Source: Octopus sinensis
Lineage: Eukaryota
Assembly (NCBI RefSeq): GCF_006345805.1
Contig: NC_043009.1
Span: 34,720,001 to 34,784,000, forward strand
Length of the DNA stretch: 64,000 nt
Reading direction: 5' to 3'
The notes beneath the pieces are model-generated. The model made no database searches. It had not been told where the DNA came from and was given only the letters and a program-made list of their open reading frames with translations. Below, one piece after another: positions 1-13,775 of the stretch. The stretch's first letter is position 1. Every line of letters starts with the position of its first letter. The position numbers were made by a program, and so were the translations under genes.

Positions 1-306
1 CTTCCACCTCTTTTACAATGATCATTCATACGTTGTCGGTAACCCTTAATTTTAGCACCATTTTCATCAACCGGGTTGCTCAGGTTGTAACACTCCATGA
101 CCACAGCATTGATTTGCTTGCTATATCTACGCTGTGTGTAGTGGTCCCTTTCTGGATATCGACAGCCTGGAGCTGGACAAGAATCTCTGAGCCTGCCGGG
201 TGCAATACTGTCACCATCAATGGCTTTAGTTTTCATTACCACCGTTATTCACAATATTTTGTTCTTTAATTGTCACTCATATGAGGTAGCGATTATCAGG
301 TTGCGC
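1..306 (-). mobile_element. 5' ORF region of RLE non-LTR retrotransposon (R4/Dong-like)
   Basis: Reverse-complement homolog of 19705-20010 (VVMECYY..SPVDENG...GYRQRMYD). Bounded by (TAT)n. Confidence 0.7.
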
Positions 307-316
307 TAATTATTAC

Positions 317-362
<46 letters not shown>

Positions 363-383
363 TTATTATTATTATTATTATTC

Positions 384-735
384 AGTAGTTTTATTTTTAT
401 AGCGTGCTTTCACTTCACTACCGAGCGCAGCTCTGTGTGCCTTGGGTATGTGCTGTGATTTGTTGTGATGCTCTGATGGTTATTGTATGGAAAGTGTTCT
501 GCGTAGGATGTGTGCAGTGCCTAGTAGTGCAATTTTCTGTATGTTATATGTGTTTGTAAGTCCTGGTGTTTTTGTTATGTATTTGTCTGAATATTTTTTT
601 ATCATGCCTAATGCACCTACTATGATAGGAATTGTTTCTGTTTTCAGGTTCCACATTCTAGTTACCTCTATTTCCAGGTCTTTGTATTTTGAGAGTTTCT
701 CCATTTCTTTTAGAGACACGTTGTCATCTACCGGT
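384..735 (-). mobile_element. 3' fragment of RLE LINE (R4/Dong-like), 5'-truncated
   Basis: Encodes KEMEKLSKYKDLEIEVTRMWNLKTETIPIIVGALGMI...QKIALLGTAHILRRTLS*. (TAA)n on both sides. Confidence 0.85.
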
Positions 736-756
736 ATTGTATTATTATTATTATTA

Positions 757-803
<47 letters not shown>

Positions 804-805
<2 letters not shown>

Positions 806-1330
806 TTTTTTTTTTCTTCTTTCAAATTTTCTTCCATTTCTTGCCGAGTGTCTTCCCGACTCCTAGGGCAAAGAAACTCATAGTGTATATTGGTAGGCCA
901 TTAAACCAAACTCAGAAGTTCGTTCATTTTTTTTTTTTTTTTTTTTTTAAGTTAGATTAAAATACATGAGCAGCAACAGTTCTCACATCGACAATGCTCT
1001 TCTCAATACGTGTGATGTACCAGTTAAGACAATCTTTTGCACTTCTTGCAGGGATGGTAAGCCAGGGATCATTCTCATATAACTTTCGGTTCCCTTCTTG
1101 ATCATTCCTAGTGCTCCTACGATCACTGGTATTGTAACCGCCTTGAGATGCCACATTTTCTCAATTTCAATGAGTAGGTCTTTATATTTTCTGAGCTTGT
1201 CAAACTCTTTCGCTGAGATATTATGATCACAGGGGATGCTCATGTCGATCAATAAGCAAACTTTATTGTTTTGGTCTTTCACAACAATATCTGGTTTATT
1301 GGCCTTGATGGTTCGGTCTGTATGTACTGG
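804..1330 (-). mobile_element. 3' fragment of a second RLE LINE subfamily with the endonuclease PD..D motif
   Basis: NKPDIVVKDQNNKVCLLIDMSIPCDHN...KYKDLLIEIEKMW...VGALGMI...LRRALSM*. Flanked by (TAA)n. Confidence 0.88.
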
Positions 1331-1392
<62 letters not shown>

Positions 1393-1689
1393 CATCATCA
1401 TCACTGATATCACTGATATTGTTGTTTTATTTTTTTACTATTTGTCATTGTTATATTGACTGACTCAGAGATTACACAGACCTATGCAGAGCAGGTGTGG
1501 TACCGATTTCCAGCGCTGTTCACATGGACAGCTGCATAGAAAATTACACTATTTTATGTGGCCTTCCCCAGCGATGCTTTCTCATGCAGAAAAACTTTCC
1601 AGAGAGTCCATTGCTCACTTGTAATCTTCTTCGGTGAACAGGCTCTTCAGTCTCATCATCATCATCATTATTATTATTTAACCTAATCC

Positions 1690-3110
1690 GCATTGCAATA
1701 TCTTTACTGAATACTCTCGCTTTTGGATGAAAGAACCTAGGAATGTCTCATTTTTTGTATACATTTTGAGATCATTCATATGAAGTAGGTAACCTATTTT
1801 CATCTTACATTTGGATAAACTCATAGGCAGGCCTGGATTTTTTTTATTCTACGTGTTAGAAGGATTAGTGCAATGACGAAGTGTAATGGGGAGAGAGAGA
1901 GTCACCCTGAAAAATGCCCCTGCGTATTTTCACGTTACCTAACGATTCATTTGTACACATCAATTCTATTTCCCGTACTCTCATTGTTTTCTCCTAGTCT
2001 TATTGACTGCGAGCGTCCTTAAACACTCTGAGAGCCAGTGCTGTGGGACATGGTCGTAGGCCTTCCTGAAATGTATCCATCTAAAAACTATGTTCTACTT
2101 CCTTACTCGAACATCAGAGTAGATAAGCAGTTCGTCTTGATTTCTTCCTACATCCTATTTGATCTTCGCGCAGTAGGTTATTTACCAGAAAATTATATAC
2201 TACATCTGCTGTGAGGCCAGTTAACAAATTCCAGAGTATTAGTAAGCAAGTAATTGGTCTATATTTTCTGAGTTCCCCTCTTTTTTCTGTATCTTTCTGT
2301 ATCAGCACTGGCCTTTTTGCCATCCATGATGGAGCTTCATTTTCTATGTAGTCAATAAAAAAACCGTTCTATATAGCTGTTTATACTTGGGAAGTTTTTG
2401 AGCCAGAAACACTGGACACCATCTGATCCGGGGGCTTTCCAGTTTGCTATTTTCATCTCTTTTATTTTCTAATTTGTGTTTGTTATGTTCTTTTGTGTCG
2501 CTCCATTCTTCCATTTCTCTTTTAAATTCCCGTAACTAGTCTTCTTTTACATTAGTTTGGTCTTTTTTGTCCTAGATTTCTTCCCAGAATTTTAATGTTC
2601 CATCAGCTTCTGGCTTCAGCTATTTATGGAATTTTCTTTTGTTGTTCTTAAAGAATCTATTCTGCAGGTACTGATTTTTTTCTGTTGGTATCTGATGTTT
2701 TATTTTTACCCGGCACTGCTTTGATATTTTTTAGTTCTTTAACTATTTGATATCTTTTATATCTTATGCTGTACTTCCAGTGCAGTTTCTTTATGTGTCT
2801 TTCCCTCACACTCTTCTATGATTGCACGTATCTGTCCACAGTCTCATTTTAGAGGGTTGCTAGCCTAGCCTAGCTAAAGGGCCCCTGTCTAGATTTAGCC
2901 CCATGAAGATGTTCTCTGCTGTTTTTGTCCTCGGGATATTCCTTATTATTGTTATTATTACTACTGCCCATCAGCAGTTCTAATAGAAAGATGTTATTTG
3001 GATAGCAGTTGATTCGCGGAAGTTCATCTGCCCCTAGGTCTTGCTTTTCCTCCTGCGGATAACCATATAGCAAAAAATATGCCCTCCTCATACAGCGAGC
3101 TCTGTGGATT
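1690..3110 (-). mobile_element. Decayed RT region of RLE LINE (R4/Dong-like)
   Basis: KYRPITCL...DQIGCRKKSR, RKAYDHVP..WL and RRGIFQGDSLSP motifs with stops and frameshifts. Confidence 0.8.
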
Positions 3111-4774
3111 TGCCAGTTTAGTCGCCAACGGCCCGATATTTGTGATTCGATTTGATGACTTCAGTTATAGTTGTTCTAAATGCACTGACACCGACGAAGA
3201 TTAGCTTTTAAGGTCGTTTAATTTTCTTCAACCTATCAATGGAGCGATAGAGTAAACCAACTAATGAAGGAACCTATAATGATTATCGGAAACGGCTGTA
3301 AGTCGAATTTGCAACAAAAAATATGTAAAGACCATTATTTATACCTCATCTGACACACACACACACACACACACCCGCACCCGCACACACACACGTACAC
3401 ACACACACACGTGTGTGAGTGTGTATCTCTTATTGATATAGACGAACGAATGATTTAAACATTAGCGAAGAACGCAATACCGGTCCTCCTAGAATTAAGA
3501 CCCTTGTGATATTTGCTCTACACCTAATTTAATGTAGTCCCTTTGTTCACATGCCATTAAAAATTCAACAAGCCAATGGTTAAGTCCGTTAGAAATCATT
3601 AACCAGATATACTCTTTTTTACCATTTGTCATACAAAAATGATAAATAAATGCAACCACTTATATATAACCATGTTCGCATTTGAGATCATCTGACGCAG
3701 GAACAGACGTATTCATATTTACGCTGGAGCAGATCAGATATGCATCCATACTCACACAGATACGTACATTTACGTAGCTCATACGCACATATAAATAGAT
3801 GCATACGAGCAGATATAAACACATGCACAGAAGCACAACATATATTCACATATGAGCACATATATTGATACAGGCAGACACAAAATATACACGCATGGGC
3901 ACATATGCGCATATATACATATAGAGAGACACATATTCACATATCAGTTCTTACAAAAGTATACTCTAACAAAAATATATACACATAAATATATATAGAT
4001 GTATTTATACAAATCGTACTTCACGTTTACATGCACACATACAGACAAGTAGAGACATATACATGAGCACATACATTCTTATAAACTGGCACACATTTTC
4101 ACTTATGTTCACATACACATATATACACACACACATTTCCAAGTTGTAGCAGGTGGGAAAAAGAAAAATACAAGAAACGAAAATGTAATCCACGGCGAAG
4201 ATATAGAATTCAAATGAATTTGCTTTAATTTCCTCTTTGCTTCACGTTGCTAAGCAATGCTATTATTTTTCTTTCAGCAATTAATTATGTTTTCTCAATT
4301 AGGCATATCTTTCCGAGAAATTATTCCAGTCCATCAGTTCCAGCAATACTGTTCGCCGTTAGATATCTTCTGTCAATATTGATTAGCGACAAGGTCGGTG
4401 GATTGGCAGTATTGATAGAGCGTTGGACTAAATTCCTTGCAGTTCAGTGTGTTACTTTTACCATCGGATTTCGAGTCCTGTTACGTTTAGCTTCGTCTTT
4501 TTATCTCCTTGGGGTCGAGGAAAACAGTATCAACGAAGTACTGGGATCCATTTAGCCGACTATAGTCATCCTTTGAATTTGTATCTTTACGTTAATCGTC
4601 AGTATTGGTTACTAAGATCACAAATTTGGTGGCTAGATTAGACGGGTTCCAATATTTGATTGGTTATTTATTGATCGATTCCGGGAGAATTAAGTAGGTA
4701 CTTGTATCTATAAATATGGATGGCCGAATTGATAAATAGCCAGTATGAGATTCACATCAGATGTGTATATACAT

Positions 4775-5190
4775 GCATAGGCGCAGAAGTGGCTGTGTGG
4801 TATGTAGCTTGCTTACCAACCACATGGTTCCGGGTTCAGTCCCACTGCGTGGCACCTTGGGCAAGTGCCTTCTGCTATAGCCCCGGGCCGACCAATGCCT
4901 TGTGAGTGGATTTGGTAGACGGAAACTGAAAGAAGCCTGACGTATATATGTATATATATATATATATGTATGTATGTGTATATGTTTGTGTGTCTGTGTT
5001 TGTCCCCTAGCATTGCTTGACAACCGATGCTGTGTGTTTACGTCCCCGTTACTTATCGGTTCGGCAAAAGAGACCGATAGAATAAGTACTGGGCTTACAA
5101 ATCACGGGGTCGATTTGCTTGACTAAAGGCGGTGCTCCAGCGTGGCCGCAGTCAAATGACTGAAACGAGTAAGAGAGTAAAAGAGTAAGT
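4775..5190 (+). mobile_element. tRNA-derived SINE family A, full copy
   Basis: A box TGGCTGTGTGG, B box GGTTCAGTCCC, ACCTTGGGCAAGT core, internal (TA/TG)n, tail (AAAGAGT)n. About 12 homologous copies in the window. Confidence 0.85.
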
Positions 5191-6336
5191 GATGAACTCT
5201 CAGGTCGATTTCAATGTTTAAATGTCCAGTTATCCAATCAACTGGACAACCAATTCGTTGAATTTCCGCTCGAAGTAGTGGTTCAGTATTCTACTGAAAC
5301 GTATACCCTTCACGTAATTAAGCTTGGCACAGATGTCAAAAGACTAAACCGGTGAATTACTAATAGAGTACACCCAAAGGGCTTCCAGACAGTTTCCGTT
5401 TGTCTAAATTTACTCACAAGGCTTGTGTAGTCTCGAGACTGTGGAAAATCTACTCGCCCTAGATGTTATTCAAAATGTCGTGGTTATGAAGAGAGCTTGT
5501 TAACCTCTCAGCAATACGCCTGCGTACTTATGTCAGGGCTTGTATTTGTGAAGGTGTGTATATGAGTATATGTCTTTTTAGGCAACGGCAAGTTAGCTTT
5601 ATATAAGAAGTGAGAATAATCACCATATCCGTACATGTAATAATCCAGGAACAAGAGGAATTTATTCAAATATATTGAACAGATTAAAAGAAAGAGACCA
5701 CACTACTATAAATATACAATGGTATATCTATGAGAATTTTCATTCAAATATCCTTTGCAAACCCGATAATATTCACTATTTTATTGCAAAATTCTAATAT
5801 TTCAAATTATCCTGAATCAGTAAGGCTTTGTGTGCATTTTAGGAAGTTTTTGTTGAAAGATAATCGCATAGGTTATATTTTTCAATCGGTGGTATATATA
5901 TTTTATATCCATGCTTCTCGTTTGCATCCGTTATAAAAATACTTATCTCCGTTTTTTTTTTTTACTTTTTAACATAGCTTAGTTTGTGAAAAATAACGTT
6001 GCTTTGATGTACGTTTTTAATATTAAAATTGTGATTATTAATTTTTGTAAATGTCAATATTCTGAACATGTTACGTTTAATATATTTTGCGCAAACTAGT
6101 TTTATTTCCGGCACACGCTACGTTTATTATACTTTTTCAGCAATGGATACTTATATTTCAAACAGAAAAAAACATACGTTAAAAGTTACCAATCAGTTAG
6201 AATATATCTATGCCCTCAAGATAGTGTGTGTGTGTGTGTTGTGCGTGTGTGTGTGTGTTGTGCGTGTGTGTGTGTGTGTGCGTATGTATGTATATGTCCA
6301 TATGCGTGTGTACGTATGTCTATATATGTGTGTATG

Positions 6337-6372
<36 letters not shown>

Positions 6373-6375
<3 letters not shown>

Positions 6376-6768
6376 TCTTTTACTCTTTTACTTGTTTCAG
6401 TCATTTTACTGCAGCCTTGCTGGAGCACCACCTTTAATCGAGCAACTCGACCCCGGGACTTATTCTTTGTAAGCCCAGTACTTATTCTATCGGTCTTTTG
6501 CCGAACCGCTAAGTGACGGGGACATAAACACACCAGCATCGGTTGTCAAGCAATATTAGGGGGACAAATACGGACACACAAACACACACGCACATATATA
6601 TATATACATATATACGACGGGGTTCTTTCAGTTTCCGTCTACTAAATGCACTGACAAGGCTTTGGTCGGCCGAAGGCCATAGTAGAAGACACTTGCCCAA
6701 GGTATCACGCAGTGGGACTGAACCCGGAACCATGTGGTTAGTAAGCAAGCTACTTACCGCACAGCCAC
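6373..6768 (-). mobile_element. SINE family A copy
   Basis: Reverse-complement homolog of 4775-5190. Confidence 0.85.
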
Positions 6769-6785
6769 TACATATATACACACTG

Positions 6786-6843
<58 letters not shown>

Positions 6844-6849
6844 GAAAAA

Positions 6850-7910
6850 TACAAACTGGGACAAGAACGTAAAACATTTAGAAGACGATGCAAAAAACAC
6901 GGACGGGACATTCGAAGCCTTCAATCTTCAGTCAAGAACCGGATCATCCTAGCAATTTCGGCTGATTAATCTTGAGATTGCTCCGACCTGGCCAGCCCCA
7001 AAGGAAAATCTAAGCCAAGCGCATTAAATTCCTTGGAAGAAAGCCTCGAATGTATACAAAACAAGGACGGGAACGAATAAGAATACAAAAATACGTAAAA
7101 ATAATAATGATAACACGAATAAGAATACGAAAATACGTAAAAACAATAATGATAATATTAATAACAAAAACAGGACGTTACAGACAGGCGTCTTTTCGAC
7201 AGGACGGGTGAACTTGAGCTGGCGCATTGAAAAAATGCCTTGAGGCTAAGAGAGACAAAAGAAGTGCCTAGCCTAGACAGCCGTTGACCGCGATAGGGCA
7301 GGACAGCAGTCCAAAGTTAGTCACGTGTGAGGAGAGAAAAGAGGGACAGAGGAAGAGAGAAAAAGGGAACAAGGAACAAAGGAGGAGGAGAAGATATATA
7401 TATATATATATATATATAGGTAAACAGTAAAAATAATTACAGACATGGACAAGAACATGAAACACCACAGAGACGACACAAGAACCACAGGACGGGACAT
7501 TCGAAGCCCTCAGTCATCAGTCAAGAACCAGATCATCTTAGCAATTTCGGCTGATTAATCTTGAGATTGCTCCGATATGGCCAGCCCGCCAAGGGAAATC
7601 TAAGCCAAGCGCATTAGATCCCCTGGAAGAAAGCTTCGAATGTATACAACGCGAGGACGGAAAACGAACGAAGTACATAAAAAAAATACAGAATACGTGA
7701 CACAATAAGAATACAAAAACGTAAAAACAATAACGGTAAAAATAAAAATAAAAAATAAACAACAAAACAAAACCAGGACGTAGGACAAGGTCTTTCGACA
7801 GGACGAGTTGAGTATGGGCTGGCTTGTGAAGTTGTGCCTAATGGCCACGGGGAGACGAACAAATACGTGTTGCTTCTGCGGCTGCTGAAAACGAAAAGAG
7901 CGCTCAACAA
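6850..7910. repeat. Two diverged direct copies (about 6850-7270 and 7440-7910) of a pseudo-LTR-like repeat, possibly Penelope-like
   Basis: Shared GACGGGACATTCGAAGCC..CAGTCAAGAACC.GATCATC.TAGCAATTTCGGCTGATTAATCTTGAGATTGCTCCGA block. Family assignment is inference. Confidence 0.6.
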
Positions 7911-8725
7911 CGGCTAGCTGTCACGTGAGAACAGAAGACAGGAGAAAGGGACAGATGAAAAGAGAGAGAAGGTGGACGAGGGAGGAGAAGAAAGAGACAG
8001 ATCGAGGGGGCTGGAGGTGAGAGAGATAGAGAAACGTAGAAGGGAGAGATAGAGAAACGTATATGTATATTTAAGAGTGAGTATGAGCAAACAAAAGAAA
8101 AAGGCACTCAACAAATTTAGTAGTAGTTATATTATTGTTATTTAAAATTGTCTGATTCGGGTCCATCGCAAACTTCTATCAGAAACCCGTCTCTTTCACA
8201 TTTAGGTTACCGAATGAAGAGGCACACAAATGCAAGAATGTACATACTTACGCATACACAGTCATACGTGCATCCTAAATACGTTCGGTCACGCACGCAT
8301 ACTCAATACACACAAACACACATACTCGCCAGCCTTGCTTCTACCGGCCCGAACTCTCTGCCCAGCCATGCGGTCTCTTCTCTAACGGAACTGCTGTCGC
8401 TCATTCGTCGATCTTACTCTGACAATACCATGTGACCCGCCTTGATCAATTGTTGCTCATTTTCAAGTAGCCATCTTAGATTTCTTGTGTCCCTTTATTC
8501 ATAGGTATGTATGTATTATATATATATATATATATATATATCTAAATTATATATATGTAGTGTGTGTGTGTCTATAAATATATACATATATATATGTATG
8601 CATGCATATGAATGAGTCACCTGTTACAAAAGTGCAGTATGCTGAAATAACGTGTTCATCCGCTGGATGTTATGTGGTTAAATATATATATTCACCTTTA
8701 AATCCACCTCATTATGTGTTTATCC

Positions 8726-8816
<91 letters not shown>

Positions 8817-9388
8817 AGTATATGAATTCTGTATACACATACACATTGATATAGGCACAAACACACGCACATATATACACACACAGACACACATACGCAC
8901 ACGCACACTAATATACATATTGCTTACAACATTCTTAAAATATATAGGAATTGTAACTGGTCAGAATAAATGTCTCTAGCTGTCTATAAAACCAGCTTCC
9001 CTAGACATATTTTATTAATGGCCTGATTACTTCCCCATTACTTGACGAGATATATTACAGGTACCTTGGCGTGAATAGAAAGACATTAATAGTTAAGCCC
9101 AGGGAACCAGGGAAAATAACATCTGAATAAAAATAATATAGTCTTAATCTCTGCATGCAATAAATCTGTAACCCACATTGTGTTTTCAGTACCTGTACCT
9201 ATGCCAAAATTCGGGTCAGTCGATTGGTCTCGAGATGAGAACGAAACCATTGATGTTAGACTCTAAAAGCTATTAATCTTCACCGGAAATGTTCGCATCA
9301 ATAATTGTATTGACCGAATAATGATATGGGATTGAGAAAAATCATGTGCACACTAATAGAAATTACTTACCCAGCAGATATTAATATT

Positions 9389-9674
9389 GAAGCGATTCCA
9401 TTAACGGACATTACCGCGCGAGCCCTGGTGTAAGGAAGAATATCGCGCTACGGTGATCCTACCACCATTACTACAGACTGCGCAGACAGTTCGAATCGTT
9501 TCTGAGTTAACAAAAATCATCGGTGCTCAACGGATTCGGACTACCAGCTACCATCCGGCGTCGAACGGTATGGTATAACGCTTCCACCTACAACTAGAAG
9601 CTGCGTTGCGAGCCTCACTTGACGCCCAGCGTTGGACCGAGTACCTTCCTATTGTTCTCCTCGGTATTCGAACC
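9389..9674 (+). mobile_element. Ty3/Gypsy integrase core remnant
   Basis: EAIPLTDITA...YGDPTTITTD...QFES...RIRTTSYHPASNGMV*RFH.QL.AAL...WTEYLPIVLLGIRT with frameshifts. Confidence 0.85.
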
Positions 9675-9739
9675 TTGGGGCCGTGCATCCAATGGACAGG
9701 CAGCAGGTTTTTATACCGATTTTTGAAGGCCTTCGGTTC

Positions 9740-10900
9740 GCGGACTTGTATTATCAAATATAAATGCAAACAATAAGTTCAAGCAACTGATACATGGGCG
9801 ATTGCATTACTGAGGTATAGTACAGGTATTATCAATTAAAGGAAAGAGGTGTTAAAGAGGCTGAATCGAAAATGAAGAAAACTATTCACAATGTACGGAA
9901 CATTTCATTCCAAGAGCAATATTGAGAGGCTATGACTAACCAGGCATAAAGGTGAGCGAAAGCTAATCACCTTTAGATATCTAGATATTTAATGTCTTAT
10001 AATCACCTTTGTATTTGTGAAAGTTGTTTATTTTCGGAAGAAAATAACTTGGGGTGATATATCAAGAGTGCAGCTGAGAATACTTGTTGCATTCAGGGAA
10101 GATACACGCTGGGAACTAGAAGAGTAAGAAAGATGAAAGAAAATGGAATGGGAAAAAGATGTACGGATAGTTTGCGAGAGAAGTGAGCAGGAATACCGAT
10201 ACTGACGGAAGGTGGCAAGGAAGAGTGACTTGAAGACAGAGACAGAATTACTAATCTCTGCTACAGAAGAACACGCACTTAGGAAAGTTTACCAAATGCA
10301 AGATTAACAATACATCAGAAACTGACAAATGCAGGGTTTGGGTGTGATAAAAACGACACCGTATAGTATGCTGTAAATGAATACACGAAGCTGGTCCAAA
10401 ACGAATACAAAAGAAGACACGAAATGTCGCAAGAATGATTCATTGGTAGATGGGCAGCAAATACAGATTGAATACATCAAAGACGTGGAATGGGTAAACC
10501 CCCTAAGGAGTAATCGAAAATGACTAGATAAAGATACTGTGGGATGACATGATCGAACGGAACAATGAAATTAAATATCGAAAGCCAGATATTGTAGTCG
10601 TAAATAAGGCGATAAAAACCGGTTTAATCATTGAAATTACATTTGCTGTCCGTAACGAAGTATTGAAAGGGAAGAAGAGAAGCAGACCACATATGATAAT
10701 TTGAAGTGGAAGATAAAAGACTGCGATCATTGAAGAAGGTGAGTGTCATACTTGGAGCCCTGGAATTATAAATGCAAAGCTCACAGACTAGAGTAGAAGC
10801 ATGGGAGTAAATGTGAAAATAGAGAATCTACAGAAAATAGCGTTGCTTGGTACCACACGAACGCTCCGCAAAGTTCTTCAAACTAGAATAAGAGCTGTAG
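9740..10900 (+). mobile_element. Decayed 3' part of RLE LINE (post-RT, CCHC zinc knuckle, RLE)
   Basis: WAIALLRYSTGIIN...KLFTMYGTFHSKSNIERL, EYKRRH, KPDIVVVNK, NLQKIALLGTTRTLRKVL. Confidence 0.8.
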
Positions 10901-11554
10901 ATAGCTGGCACTTTGTTACATGTCTCAGCGAAGGTACTGTAATAAAGAAGAAAAAGAATTCAGTCATTTGTTAATAAGTATCTCTCTAAATAGACTCAAT
11001 TTCGCATGTAATTGAATGAAATCTCAGAAAAAGAAGGAATCATTGAATTCATTTTGGCTGTCTTGTGAACCCCCTTCTCTCCACTGGTTGCAATATTGAA
11101 TATTTCTAATAGAACAAGTAAGTTTTAGACTATAAACAAAAGTCGGTTTTAATTGGTCGATTCAAAATTGAATTAATATCCGCAATAATTCAATAGGCTG
11201 TCTCTGGGGAAGTAGCTTTGATTTATTGACCATTATAAGACATTTTAAATATCTAAATCAGTCATATAACTTGAAATATTTGGCTTCCAGAAGTTACTTT
11301 ATTATTGCTCCTGTTGCACTCCCAAACAGAGAAAGTTCTAACGTAAAAGGAAACCCGCATGCGCTCACCCGATTTGCTAAAATAGTAGTCGCATTTCCGT
11401 TAGAGTACTCTCTCTCAAATTAATCCCTCAAATTAACCTCTGTCTGAAATAAGGAAAGATACATTAGATGATATAGTTCTATATCCGCTATACGTATAAA
11501 ACATTGACTGGATGGTCTCCACATGAATGTCTTGCGACAACGTCAGCAGCAATA

Positions 11555-12040
11555 GGCGCAAGAGTGGCTGTGTGGTAAGTAGCTTGTTTACCAACCACAT
11601 GGTTCCGTGTTCAGTCCCACTGCATGGCACCTTGGGCAAGTGTCTTCTACTATAGCCTCGGGCCGACCAAAGCCTTGTGAGTGGATTTGGTAGACGGAAA
11701 TTGAAAGAAGCACGTTGTATATATGTATATATATAATCTACAGAAAATAGCGTTGCTTGGTACCACACGAACGCTCCGCAAAGTTGTATATATGTATATA
11801 TATATGTGTGTGTGCGTGTATGTTTGTGTGTCTGTGTTTGTCCCCCTTGCATTGCTTGATAAAATCGATGCTGGTGTGTTTATGTCCTCGTCACTTAGTG
11901 GTTCGGCAAAAGTAACCGATAGAATAAGTACTGGGCTTACAAAGAATAAGTCCCGGGGTCGAGTTGCTCGATTAAAGGCGGTGCTCCAGCATGGCCGCAG
12001 TCAAATGACTGAAACAAGTAAAGAGTAAAGAGTAAAGAGC
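11555..12040 (+). mobile_element. SINE family A copy with a 51-bp insertion in its internal microsatellite
   Basis: Head 11555-11720 and tail 11790-12040 homologous to 4775-5190. Confidence 0.85.
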
Positions 12041-12185
12041 CATATCGAAAGTATGGAGAAAAATCAATGTCTTATTCTTCTATTCAGATTTTCCTTTTTA
12101 ATACAAAAATTAATCTTTAAATGACTTATAAAGATAAATAGCTTTGGGAGTGGATTTGGTAGACAGGAACTGAAAGAAATCTGTC

Positions 12186-12216
<31 letters not shown>

Positions 12217-12217
<1 letters not shown>

Positions 12218-12597
12218 TAGCAGTATCGCCCGGCGTTGCTCGGGTTTGTAAGGGAAATAACTATAAAGCATTTTTAGATAGTTATAGCCAAAATTTTGCA
12301 AAAAAATGTATTAAAAATGGAAAAAATATGATGGTAATTTTTTTAAATCGTTGACTCATCGTAGACATTTTTAGAGAGTTACTTCCCTTATATTAAAAAA
12401 AATATGCATTAAAATGGAAAAAAAATGATGGTAAATTATTTTAAAAATCGTAGACTCATCGTAGACGCGCGCTAATACCCAGAAGGGCTCGATATGAATC
12501 ACGACTATAAGATACCCGGTTTTGGTTAAACTACACCGCAAAATGTGAGAGTAGTTAGGAATCTAAATCGGAGTAGACAGACACACAACCTTACTTT

Positions 12598-12605
<8 letters not shown>
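12217..12605 (-). mobile_element. Non-autonomous Helitron-like element
   Basis: Minus-strand 3' end has hairpin CCCGAGCAACGCCGGG (12229-12244) followed by CTAG|T. Second copy at 53637. Internal ~100-bp duplication. Confidence 0.7.
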
Positions 12606-12648
<43 letters not shown>

Positions 12649-13253
12649 CATTAATTAAAATCTTAGGGTAGCAAGAATATTCATAGAAAAATTCTTAGTT
12701 ACCAGTGGTCTAGCGAGAAAGAAAAAATTAGTCAATAGACTACATATTATTCAGAGAAGAATACAGTGTACGTTCAAACACAAAGGCTTGGAGTTTTAAC
12801 TGCTCTTTCTAGCAAGTCAGATATCCTATTCTTCGGGTATATATATATATATATTATATATATATGCGTGTATGCATGTACTTGGACGTGTGTATGCACG
12901 TGCGTGTGTGTGAGTGTGTGTGTGTGTGCGTGTGTGTGTGCGCATGTGTCTGTCTCCAAAACGCGGTATTTGTGTGTTTACAAACATACACAGAGGAATG
13001 CAGGAACTGAACCATTTTTTTCGGGTCTTACGATAGCAGCAGCACAATGGGGTGAAAGGATGGAGCTGAGGGGAAGGCCACACTGCTGCTAAAATCTATG
13101 ACACACACACACATACATACGCACGCACGCACGCACGCACGCACACACGCACACACACACAGACAAGAACACAAACGAATGCGCACATAAGGATACTCAA
13201 CTTAGAAGAACAGAATGGAGTAAGTGGAATATGAAGACACACGAGGACGGAAA

Positions 13254-13300
13254 GTGTCGCTGAAGAGGTCACAGATGTGTGACGAAAGATTTCCGGGCAC
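13254..13300 (+). ncRNA. Minimal type I hammerhead ribozyme motif
   Basis: Stem I GTGTCG/CGGGCAC (one bulge), core CTGAAGA, extra G, stem II GTCAC/GTGAC, GAA, self-complementary stem III AGATTT (G.U wobble), C17. Confidence 0.65.
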
Positions 13301-13399
13301 GAATTAATATAATAAAATACAAACAGTAATAAACGAGTGAAGGAAAAAAATATATAGTGCGTGTGTTTATTGGCAAAAAATGACCATCTCGAAATACAA

Positions 13400-13409
13400 C
13401 AATATATAT

Positions 13410-13453
<44 letters not shown>

Positions 13454-13454
13454 G

Positions 13455-13545
<91 letters not shown>

Positions 13546-13566
13546 AATATATATATGTATATAATA

Positions 13567-13603
<37 letters not shown>

Positions 13604-13652
13604 TATATTATATATATATATATATTATATATATGTATATATATATATATGT

Positions 13653-13694
<42 letters not shown>

Positions 13695-13775
13695 ATATAT
13701 ATATACATACATATATATATATATATGTATGTATATATTTATGTGTGTATATATGTATGTATGTATGTATGTATA
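13400..13775. repeat. (TA)n-rich microsatellite; similar tracts at 29290-29635, 33660-34150, 44380-44645
   Basis: Seen directly. Confidence 0.97.

Noticed and set aside
6905-7530. CTGAAGA/CTGATGA motifs on the minus strand of the paired repeats as hammerheads
   Set aside because: Followed by GAAT rather than GAAA. No consistent stem I or III in type I, II or III arrangements.
6850-7910. CRISPR-like or regularly spaced array
   Set aside because: Eukaryotic context, only two long diverged copies and no repeat-spacer periodicity.
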